Assembly (NCBI RefSeq): GCF_035285525.1
Contig: NZ_JAYKGW010000036.1
Span: 1-32,000, forward strand
Source of the DNA: Okeania sp.
GTDB lineage: Bacteria > Cyanobacteriota > Cyanobacteriia > Cyanobacteriales > Microcoleaceae
Reading direction: 5' to 3'
Length of the DNA: 32,000 nucleotides
Part shown: piece by piece, positions 1 to 8,127 of the stretch
Layout of the letters: every line of letters begins with the position of its first letter
Position numbering within the stretch: position 1 is the stretch's first letter
Translations under genes and position numbers: made by a program
The notes under the pieces: generated by a model
What the model saw: only the letters and a program-made list of their open reading frames with translations
Told to the model about the DNA's origin: nothing
Databases searched by the model: none

Positions 1-184
1 TTAGGTATGAAAAAAGTACCTGTTTTTAAGTCTTGGAGGCACAGTTTCTGCAAAATAAAAAGTCGATAATTTTCAAATAATTATGACAGAAAAATTAGGG
101 AGATAATTCTGACTATGACTTTCTGACTTATTAGCTGTTTCTCCTGACTCATCTCTCTTAATAAAAGACTTTTGAGCGCCAACT
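1..184. repeat. repeat family K, copy K1 (truncated by window edge)
   Basis: It shares GAAAAAAGTACCTGTTTTT, AAAAAGT.G.TA.TTT, ATTCTGACT and AAAGACTTTT.AGC blocks, in the same order, with 4303-4497. Confidence 0.6.
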
Positions 185-1006
185 CTAATTAAGTATAGAC
201 TCAAATTCACCAGGAAAAATTTCTGTTTGTTCTTGCTGTTGAAAGATGTAATCAAAATCAAATCGTAAAGCTTTAATATGGCGAATAATAATGAAACCAC
301 ATTTATTAACATTATCAGGAGTAAAAGTTGCTATGACTAATTCTACTAATTTTTTAGGAGATATTTCAGGTATTTGTACATAATAATCTCTTTTAGCAAA
401 AAATATACCTTTATCTTTGGGCAGAATAATACCATTAATTTGATGGGCGTGCTGAATTGGCTTAATATATGTATTAATAAAATCTTCTTGATTTGTTTGC
501 AACCGAGCTAGTCTTTCATGTTGTAACCAACTCATTGTGAACATAATTTTAATTAATTCAAATCCTAAGATATAGTTGAATACTTGATTTCTTTCTTCTG
601 TATTAAGGACTAATTTGATAGCAGACTCTAAGTAATGTTGAGTGTGACGACTTGCATTTTGAGCAGTATGTATATAGTACAGTTTAATGTAGTTTCGGAG
701 TACAGATTCATTAATTTTTGTCTTGGTACGAAAACGTCTTAGATATTCATTAATACGGTTAATTGTATTTATATATTGCAACATTTTTACAGCTAAACCA
801 TCAGCAATATAATCATCTAAAAATTCTGCTTGTTTCTCAGGAGAAGAAGCACACAAAATATAGGAAAATGATAAAACATAACGACGTTGATTCCAGGGTA
901 AACTAGCTGCCCATTGTTTAACTTCTTGAGGCAGTTTTTCCAAGATACTATATTCCTTCTTGGATTCACAAAGTGTTTCTTGAAATTTATCTTTTTGATT
1001 CTTCAT
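185..1006 (-). CDS. hypothetical protein, 273 aa, no family recognised
   Basis: Long ATG-initiated ORF (MKNQKDKFQETL...) with non-repetitive, protein-like composition. I cannot assign a domain from memory. The stop codon (185-187) directly abuts repeat K1. Confidence 0.55.
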   Translation of the reverse strand: MKNQKDKFQETLCESKKEYSILEKLPQEVKQWAASLPWNQRRYVLSFSYILCASSPEKQAEFLDDYIADGLAVKMLQYINTINRINEYLRRFRTKTKINESVLRNYIKLYYIHTAQNASRHTQHYLESAIKLVLNTEERNQVFNYILGFELIKIMFTMSWLQHERLARLQTNQEDFINTYIKPIQHAHQINGIILPKDKGIFFAKRDYYVQIPEISPKKLVELVIATFTPDNVNKCGFIIIRHIKALRFDFDYIFQQQEQTEIFPGEFESILN

Positions 1007-1736
1007 TTTTATCCTTTTTGATTAATTATAAATACTGGATACGACAGTCCTTTTTCAGTTGTAATAGATAGTTTCTAAGGGGTAAGCATTCAGCTCTTTG
1101 GTCTGTAATACTGGGTAAACAGCTTTTTAATAAATAATGTAAATGTAGCTTGATAGACTATTAAGATTAGCTGATGGACTTTTACCCGCGCTTTATAATT
1201 GTTAGAAGTCTCTAAATTGCTTTTTCCTCCTTTAAAGGTAATGAAGTTGTTAGGGTAGCTCCTATGTTTGCGAAACATTCTAAAGGAAAAGAGGTTGTCT
1301 GAGTGCTAAATACTTGCGTTAAGGGAACTATCTTATTGAAGATGTATAGGTAGGGAAATTCTCAGATTGATGATATACAGAATATCAAATATTTTGAATT
1401 AAAACTAACTGTTATAAAAAAATTTTCACAGCTAATTTATAATTGCTATATAATGTGTATTGTTCTGTCAGAGAAATTACATAGAAATAATTTTAATTTT
1501 ACAAAAAAAATATAGTTGACTGTATATAATTACAGATAAGTTGATAGAAAATCATAGAAAACAGTTTTATGATTCCTATATTAATAATTATAACTCATTG
1601 AAAAAAGATTACAGAAAATAACTATAGCAACCCTAAATGGGTTGTAACAAATTAAAAAATCAATAAAAAAAACTGAAACTTCTGCCTATTCTTTGTTCCT
1701 TAAAAACAATGAAATTTGGGTGTATCTTGTAGAGGG

Positions 1737-1834
1737 AAAAAATACTTTTTTCTCCCATACCTATTTTTTCTATATCTGTTCCTTGCTACCTAACAGCAGT
1801 AAGTTTTTAGCTTTATTGTAAAATTGAGATGTAC
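1737..1834. repeat. repeat family J, copy J3
   Basis: AAAATACTTTTTTCTCCC..CCTATT...GTTCCTTG...TAAGTTTTTAGCTTTATTG aligns with 7045-7127, and partly with 6665-6708. Confidence 0.6.
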
Positions 1835-2280
1835 TCTGAAATTTTGTACGCGACTCAAATAAGATTGCTATATATTTATGTAATAATTCATCATCCTTGA
1901 CGATAATTTTTTACTGTATGTACGTTCAAAGCTAGATATTTTTCAAATAAAATGCTATAATTAACAAGTCAAAATTATTCTATCTTTATTTTTATTTCAA
2001 TTAGGTAAAAATTGTCAGGTTTTTGGGAATATATTAACTGCTAATTAACCAAGAATTAATATATTTTACTTATGTACAAAAAACTGATGTCTGTATGTAA
2101 TTAAAATACAATTATCTACCTTAATATTTAGGACTTACTTATGGAACTATTTGAGTAAGAACGAGGACTCAGAAGTAATGAAAAATAGGAGTTGTAGAGT
2201 AGGTTTACATAAATAATAGCCTCTTAATTTTTCTAGTTCGTGTTACCCCAAAATAATCAATTTTATAGTTCTATTAACCG

Positions 2281-2366
2281 AAAAGCTGGTATTTTTTCAC
2301 GATCTAAATAAAGACCAATACCTTTATCTGTAAAGACTTTTATATTTAATCAGCAAGCCCTATTTA
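2281..2366. repeat. repeat family G, copy G1
   Basis: ..AAATAAAGA.CAA...ACTTTTATATTTAATCAGCAAGCCCTAT aligns with 17141-17217, and in reverse with 31321-31365. Confidence 0.65.
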
Positions 2367-2629
2367 AAGTAGGAACTTTTGGTCATTTACTTCCCCTTCT
2401 TTGATTAGGACTTGAGATGCAATTAATCAATGACTATAAATCTGGCAAAATAGAAATAGTAAAACTTCAAAAAAATTGATTACCTATTAATCAGAATAAT
2501 TAAGTAATATATAAATATAACTTGATCGGGGTTAAGAGATGAATTTAGATAATTTGTCTATGATAGTGAATAAAAATACAGATAAGTATTAATTCAATAA
2601 AAAAGTAAATTAAGATTAGGAGACTGTAG

Positions 2630-3490
2630 ATGTTTAACTCCACTGAACTTCTGATTGATGCTTTCATAAAACGGCTGACTGATGGCTATCGTCATACTTA
2701 TGGTGGATATAAATCAGATTATGCTGATATTATCGCTTGGGCAGCTGGAATGGCATTAGAAAATATTGCCAATAGTGATGCTCTATATCACAATGTAGAA
2801 CATACTATTTTGGTAACTTTAGTCGGACAAGAAATTATACGAGGAAAGCATATTCGTAAGGGTGGAGTATCATGTGAAGATTGGTTACACTACCATATTT
2901 CCCTACTTTGTCACGATATTGGGTATGTCAAAGGTGTATGTCGCCAAGATCGAGAAGATTTAAGATTGTATGCTACGGGGTTAGATAATACAAAAGTATC
3001 TATACCAAAAGGTGCTACAGATGCTAGTCTTACTCCTTATCATGTTGATCGAGGTAAGTTATTTATTGACGAACGCTTTGGAGGTCATAAGTTAATTGAT
3101 GCAGAGATTATTAAGCGTAACATAGAATTGACTCGTTTCCCGGTTCCAGCAGATAAGGACCATCAGGATAAGGAATATTATCCTGGTTTAGTTAGGGCAG
3201 CAGATTTAATTGGCCAACTGAGTGACCCCCGCTATTTACAAAAAATTAGTGCCCTGTTCTATGAATTTGAGGAAACAGGCCAGAATAAAGTATTAGGATA
3301 TAATAATCCGGGGGATTTACGTCAAGGTTATCCTAAGTTTTACTGGAATGTGGTTTATAGCTATATCCAGAATGCTGTTGCTTATTTGAATCTGACTCAA
3401 CAGGGAAAACAAATTGTAGCTAATTTAAGTGCTAATGTGTTTAGGGTTGAACATGATGATGCTATACCGGAAGTAGCATTTGTTAGCTAG
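2630..3490 (+). CDS. HD-domain metal-dependent phosphohydrolase
   Basis: The translation has the H...HD signature (NVEHT ... LLCHDIGY) and a later D (RAADLIGQ) typical of the HD superfamily. AGGAG lies about 7 nt upstream of the ATG. Confidence 0.8.
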   Translation: MFNSTELLIDAFIKRLTDGYRHTYGGYKSDYADIIAWAAGMALENIANSDALYHNVEHTILVTLVGQEIIRGKHIRKGGVSCEDWLHYHISLLCHDIGYVKGVCRQDREDLRLYATGLDNTKVSIPKGATDASLTPYHVDRGKLFIDERFGGHKLIDAEIIKRNIELTRFPVPADKDHQDKEYYPGLVRAADLIGQLSDPRYLQKISALFYEFEETGQNKVLGYNNPGDLRQGYPKFYWNVVYSYIQNAVAYLNLTQQGKQIVANLSANVFRVEHDDAIPEVAFVS

Positions 3491-3713
3491 TTTATTAATG
3501 GATAATTGATAATGGATAATTAATGATTGATAATTACTGAATAATTAATGATTAATAGTTAATAGTCAATAATTATTCATTCAACAATTTACCCCTGGAA
3601 GCCTCTCCTTTTAAGGGAATAAATCAAAAATTTTTCTTGGAGTCAATCCCCTTCTTTGAAGAAGGGGTAATTATTGATTATTAATTATTAATTGTTCATT
3701 ATTAATTGCTGAA
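3491..3713. repeat. MITE-like repeat family A, copy A1
   Basis: AT-rich inverted arms (AATAATTAAT... / ...ATTATTAATTGCTGAA) flank the core TAGTCAATAATTATTCATTCAACAATT..CCTGGAAGCCTC.CCTTTTAAGGG.ATAAATCAAAAATTTT...CCCCTTCTTTGAAGAAGGGGTAATTATT. It starts at the stop codon of the HD gene. An inverted partial copy of the core follows at about 3721-3775. Confidence 0.8.
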
Positions 3714-3945
3714 CTATTCCGAAAAGGGAGAGGATTGACTAACAAGAAAAAATTTATTTTTCTTGGTTGATTAGATATGGTTAGGTAATTTATCCATCTG
3801 GTTTTATGGTAAGTTCCGCTTTTGATGTTGTGTAGTAAAAAGACCGCTTTTTTTTTCTGAAAAATAAGAGGTTAATAAAACTGAATTATTTAATTATTAA
3901 TTTTTCGGTAACATATCAAAAAAAATGAATTTTCGGCATATAAAT

Positions 3946-3989
3946 CGGGTTTATATATTAGCTAAGGATAGAAAACCCGGTATTTTTTT
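3946..3989 (+). terminator. possible intrinsic terminator (hairpin plus T-run)
   Basis: CGGGTTT (3946-3952) pairs with AAACCCG (3973-3979), followed by GTATTTTTTT. The stem sequence (ATAAATCGGGTTT) belongs to a small repeat also present at 24951-24963 and 15553-15566. Confidence 0.3.
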
Positions 3990-4302
3990 CAAATTGTACA
4001 AGGGTTAGTTGAGCTGAAAAAACTTGTTTATTTATGTATTAATGGTTTGTTAGTGAAAAAGAATTTTAATAAAGAGGGAAGAAGGAAAAAGAAGTAATAT
4101 TATGTCCGGTCAGTAGTTATATTTTGGTGGAAGCAAGGCAGCAGCTTTTCTGCCATTTTTACCTTGATTTTATACACAAAGGATGCTACTGGATATGATA
4201 TAAATTTTGATAAAATGGCAGGTATAAAGCTGAGATTTTTCTCTTTCTACTTAGGGCTTGCATATGGAAATATGAAAAGATTAATATATAAATATTTTAG
4301 CC

Positions 4303-4497
4303 TTTTTATGCCTGAAAAAAGTACCTGTTTTTCATCTTTTCATAGTCAAAAAGTTGGTATTTTAGGCGAGATCAGCAAAGAAAATCAAGGGACGATTACA
4401 TACTACTATCTCCTCTATAATTCCTACTTATTCTGGATGGCTGGATGGCTGGATTCTGACTTCTATCCTTAACAAAAAGACTTTTTCAGCAAACCCT
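4303..4497. repeat. repeat family K, copy K2
   Basis: It is bounded by inverted ends CCTGAAAAAAGTAC ... AGACTTTTTCAGCAAACCCT. The interior aligns with 1-184. A minimal end-to-end form is at 17108-17158. Confidence 0.6.
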
Positions 4498-4515
4498 ACT
4501 TAGTTGATAAATCCC

Positions 4516-4734
4516 AAGCATTCAGCCATCAGCTATCAGCTATCAGAAGAGTGCTTTTAATCTTTAGATAAAAGCTTTATTAATTGATCAAAAAAAATAT
4601 TACTAAAAAAGTCAGTCCACTTGATATTAGAGTCTATATTCGTTGAAATAATCTCCTTAAACACAGGATTTCTTTCCTGTTAACGAAGTTCCGACCCAGG
4701 AGGCTGGCTGAGGTGCTAATAGCTGAATGCTTAC
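4516..4734. repeat. MITE-like repeat family B, copy B1 (long form)
   Basis: Terminal inverted repeats are AAGCATTCAGCCATCAGCTATCAGC ... GCTAATAGCTGAATGCTTAC. The interior (AAAGCTTTATTAATTGA.CAAAAAAAAT...CACTTGA.ATTAGAGT...) aligns with 17266-17445. Confidence 0.8.
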
Positions 4735-4829
4735 CTAATAGAAATGAGTAATTAGGACTATTTTAGGTATAATGAATATCGGTTTCTGATGAATAGCAAT
4801 AGTATATAAAAACTAATAATCAATGTAAT

Positions 4830-5474
4830 ATGAGTGAATTATTTAATTTTAATGGTATTACCATTCAAGCTATATTTGGTATTACGATAGGAATCTTAGT
4901 ATTAGCCAGTACACCAGGGCCTGGTATTTTAGCAGCTACTTCTTGTGCCTTAGCTTCAGGTTTTCGTTCATCTCTTTTAGTAATAGCAGGAATTGTTATC
5001 GGAGATATTATATTTCTTTTGATAGCAATTTTCGGACTAACATTAATGACTGAATTTATTGACGATGCTTTGATTATTATTAGAGTTTTAGGTAGTCTTT
5101 ATTTAGTTTGGTTAGGTTGTAAACTTTGGACATCAGGAACTATGAATTTAGAAAATGATGATGAAGCATCAAAGAAAACTTATTTAAAAAATTTTACGGC
5201 AGGTTTAGCGATTACACTTAGTAATCCTAAAGTTATTATTTTTTATGGTGCTTTTCTTCCTCTTTTTGTCAACCTTAACGATTTACAAATAAATAGTATA
5301 GTTTTAATTGGTACTCTTATTACTGTTATTGTTTCTTTAGTAACTGGATTTTATGCTTATTTAGCATCTCGTGCTAGATTCTTGTTTAAAAGTGAAAAAG
5401 CTATGACTTATATTAATCGTATAGCTGGAGTTGTGATGTTTATTGTTGCTATTTTAGTAATTTCAATTGGTTAA
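4830..5474 (+). CDS. LysE/RhtB family amino-acid exporter
   Basis: 214 aa with about 6 hydrophobic segments. It has the N-terminal PGPG motif (ASTPGPGILAAT) and a mid-protein NPK (LSNPKVIIFY) typical of LysE/RhtB translocators. Confidence 0.8.
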   Translation: MSELFNFNGITIQAIFGITIGILVLASTPGPGILAATSCALASGFRSSLLVIAGIVIGDIIFLLIAIFGLTLMTEFIDDALIIIRVLGSLYLVWLGCKLWTSGTMNLENDDEASKKTYLKNFTAGLAITLSNPKVIIFYGAFLPLFVNLNDLQINSIVLIGTLITVIVSLVTGFYAYLASRARFLFKSEKAMTYINRIAGVVMFIVAILVISIG

Positions 5475-5715
5475 TAATTAAAAGTAAGGATTCAGCTCTT
5501 AGTAGTCAGATATCGGCTTTTTAGTGAATGGAGCAAGCATTCCCTTAACTTCTACTTTTTTAACTAGAGATAACTAGAGATAAGAGGATGGATGATGAAA
5601 TGGGAAGATGGTACAATGCTTAAACAGGATTTTTAATAAAGTGCCTTTTAATAACTGGATTTTAGGTTAGTGAGTGAAATTAATTTACCTAAATATTTAA
5701 AGGAGTGAAAAAATA

Positions 5716-6362
5716 ATGTCTAAGAATTCTATTACTGCCTTTTTTATACCAGCATCATTGGTTTTTAGTAGCTGTATTCCTGTATAAATAAAAACAAGCA
5801 CTTTAGTCTTAAGTTTAATTTCAAGTAGTTCGTTTTTGCAGCAGTTCAAAAGCTTCAAGCTGCTACTTTAAATGTAGAAGCAAAAAGGTTGGTACTTCAA
5901 ACTATTCAGGAAAATGGTGAGTCAGTTAAGGTAACTAAATACCTTAGTGAAAAACAGTTAGAAGAAATAATTAGAACAGGAGGAAAGTTAGAGATAAAAT
6001 TGAGTAATGGAAAAGAAGTAGTAGTACAAGTTGCATATAAAATGTCTTCAAGTTTAAGTTCAAAGTTTGAAAATATAATTAAACACATAAACGAAGGAAA
6101 ATATGTTACTTCTGCTGGTGAAAATGGGAAGCATTCTGAGAGAATTACTGAATCCTGAGTTCAACAGGAACAAAATAATTATAATAGTCGAGTAGCTGCT
6201 GGTATTTATTGGGATGATGGAGTTGTCTCCTCAATTTTATTTAAAGAAAATTCAAGAGTTAGAGTTTGGTTAGAAGGAATTGAGTATGATGGAAAATGGT
6301 CTGGGAATGAGACTGGTTATTTAAGTGTAAAAATGGATGGTAGTTCTAGATATCTTTTTTAA
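5716..6362 (+). pseudogene. probable decayed gene for a secreted protein or lipoprotein (frameshift plus in-frame TGA)
   Basis: An AGGAG-preceded ATG at 5716 gives a 23-aa signal-like peptide (MSKNSITAFFIPASLVFSSCIPV) ending at a stop at 5785-5787. A different frame is open from 5829 to 6155. It is interrupted by TGA at 6156-6158 and then stays open for 67 more codons to TAA at 6360-6362 (..GIYWDDGVVSSILFKENSRVRVWLEGIEYDGKWSGNETGYLSVKMDGSSRYLF). Confidence 0.35.
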
Positions 6363-6664
6363 TTTATGATTCAGATTCTGACTCTATCTCTTGAACATTA
6401 GTTTGTGCTAACTCCTGATACAAAAAGTTTTTGAACAGTTTTTTTATTGTTGTTTCTGCATCTAGAATACAAGCAAATTTTTTAGATTTTAATGTTCTGA
6501 GTTGTTGGTTTACTTCAGCTCTTTTTTTATGTTTTTTCTCTATAATTTTCAAATCCAATACAGATGCAGAATTGATTTTCAACTATTCACCATCTCTGTT
6601 AAATTCCACCGTTAGTTTTTTTCAGTTCTTGATAGCTATATTCTTTAATTTGACTGGTAGTAAA

Positions 6665-6708
6665 ATTAATAAATTTTTAGCTTTATTCAAAACAAATATT
6701 CACCCGAT
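6665..6708. repeat. repeat family J, partial copy J1
   Basis: AATAAATTTTTAGCTTTATTCAAAACAAATATTCACCC matches the right half of J2 (GGTAAATTTTTGGCTTTATTCAAAATTTAGATGCACCC). Confidence 0.5.
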
Positions 6709-6810
6709 ATGACAATAATTTTGAGCTGCTTTTCAACCCGTTATATCAAAACTCCTAATAAGTAGGAACACAAAATTAATTACGCATTCTATTATAAATC
6801 TATAATTTTC

Positions 6811-6900
6811 AGGACTTACACACTGACCCTAGATATAGTTCTTAAAACCCCATAAGCAATAGTTTTTTAACTCTATATATAGTACCTTTGCGTAAGTCCT
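6811..6900 (+). repeat. MITE-like repeat family C, copy C1
   Basis: The 90-bp element is bounded by inverted ends AGGACTTAC ... GTAAGTCCT. The interior is CTAGATATAGT.CTTAAAACCCCATA.GCAATAGTTTTTT.ACTCTATAT. Confidence 0.8.
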
Positions 6901-7044
6901 GATCTTAATCCATAAATTATTTATAGTCATTCTGGTTTAGACTGAGACAATAATTTCTTACTATCAAAGAGTTTCAACTAAAAAATGTTTCATTCTTATT
7001 CTGAATAACTATATCAATTAGAGTGCATCTCATATTTATTTGCC

Positions 7045-7127
7045 AAAATACTTTTTTCCTCTTCCCTATTCCTTGTTTCCTAAAAGCGGTAAATTTTTGG
7101 CTTTATTCAAAATTTAGATGCACCCAT
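7045..7127. repeat. repeat family J, copy J2
   Basis: It aligns with 1737-1834 over about 85 bp (see J3). Confidence 0.6.
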
Positions 7128-7194
7128 CAATTATTTCTCCTTAAGTGTGATAATGAATTAATAATTTATAGCTGAATGCTAATTTAACTAAAAC

Positions 7195-8034
7195 ATGACT
7201 AATACAAACTTTCTTATTTCTCCTCAGTGGTTGGCAAACCATCTTAATGACCCAAACCTAATTATTATTGACTGCCGTTTTTCCTTAGCAGAGCCAGAAT
7301 TAGGCAAAAAACAATATCAAGAAAATCATATTCCTGGTGCATTCTATTTAGACCTCAACCAAGATCTTTCTAAACCTGTAGAAAAACATGGTGGTCGTCA
7401 TCCATTACCAGACCTTAATGAACTTGCTAAAAAATTAGCAACTATAGGTGTTAAATATCAAGAAACTTTAGTAGTAGCTTATGATAATTCTCGGTTTGCT
7501 TTTGCTTCTCGTTTATGGTGGTTATTAACATATATGGGTCACGAAAAAGTTGCTCTTTTAGATGGCGGTTTTTCTCAGTGGCAAAAAGAATATCCAGTTA
7601 CAACTTCAAATGAAACTTCTACTCCAAAATTAGGTTTTTTTGAACCTCAAATTCAATCAAAAATGGTAGTAGATATAGAAACAGTTAAAGCCAAAAAAGA
7701 TTTGCCAGAAGTAGTATTAGTTGATTCACGAGATAGCGATCGCTACTTAGGAAAATATGAACCTATTGACCCTATTGCTGGTCATATTCCAGGGGCAGTT
7801 AATTATCCTTGGAAACAAGTTACTGATGAAAATAGTAATGCTAAAGTTGCCGAACAAAATTCTCGTTGGGAAGAGGTAAAAAATGCTGAGGAAGTTATTG
7901 TTTATTGTGGTTCTGGTGTGACTGCTTGTGTGAATTTATGGTCGTTAAAAATGGCGGGTATTAATACAGGAAAACTTTATGCAGGTAGTTGGAGTGATTG
8001 GTGTTCTTATCTTAATATAGGGAGTAGTGAGTAG
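7195..8034 (+). CDS. sseA: two-domain rhodanese sulfurtransferase, 3-mercaptopyruvate sulfurtransferase type
   Basis: 279 aa with tandem rhodanese architecture. The active-site loop CGSGVTAC matches the MST-type CG[ST]GVTA motif rather than the thiosulfate type CRKGVTA. Confidence 0.85.
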   Translation: MTNTNFLISPQWLANHLNDPNLIIIDCRFSLAEPELGKKQYQENHIPGAFYLDLNQDLSKPVEKHGGRHPLPDLNELAKKLATIGVKYQETLVVAYDNSRFAFASRLWWLLTYMGHEKVALLDGGFSQWQKEYPVTTSNETSTPKLGFFEPQIQSKMVVDIETVKAKKDLPEVVLVDSRDSDRYLGKYEPIDPIAGHIPGAVNYPWKQVTDENSNAKVAEQNSRWEEVKNAEEVIVYCGSGVTACVNLWSLKMAGINTGKLYAGSWSDWCSYLNIGSSE

Positions 8035-8065
8035 GGACTAGGAAGTAGGAAAAATTGAAGTAGAT

Positions 8066-8094
8066 GTAGGTTGGGTTGAAGAACGAAACCCAAC
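8066..8094 (+). repeat. hairpin repeat family H, copy H1
   Basis: GTAGGTTGGGTTGAAGAACGAAACCCAACA has a perfect 8-bp stem (GTTGGGTT/AACCCAAC). It sits between the convergent sseA and MBOAT genes. Its reverse complement matches 14309-14339 with one mismatch. Confidence 0.8.
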
Positions 8095-8127
8095 AAAAAT
8101 CCCTCTTCCCTGTTCCCTAGTTTCCTT

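Noticed and set aside
1090-1278. 62-aa ORF upstream of the 185-1006 gene
   Set aside because: There is no SD and no recognisable motif or family. It lies in the likely promoter or leader region of the neighbouring gene.
4164-4472. 102-aa ORF
   Set aside because: It begins with a non-ATG codon and overlaps repeat family K (4303-4497). Its sequence is low in complexity and has no SD, so it is most likely a by-product of repeat DNA.
6156-6158. In-frame TGA as selenocysteine or programmed readthrough
   Set aside because: No SECIS-like hairpin is evident immediately downstream. The upstream part of the locus also shows a frame break, so simple gene decay is the more economical explanation.
6364-6712. 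Overlapping antisense ORFs 6364-6582 (-) and 6431-6712 (+)
   Set aside because: They overlap each other on opposite strands. They are F/I/L/K/N-rich, as expected from AT-rich non-coding DNA, and the + ORF runs into repeat J1. Neither has a convincing start context.
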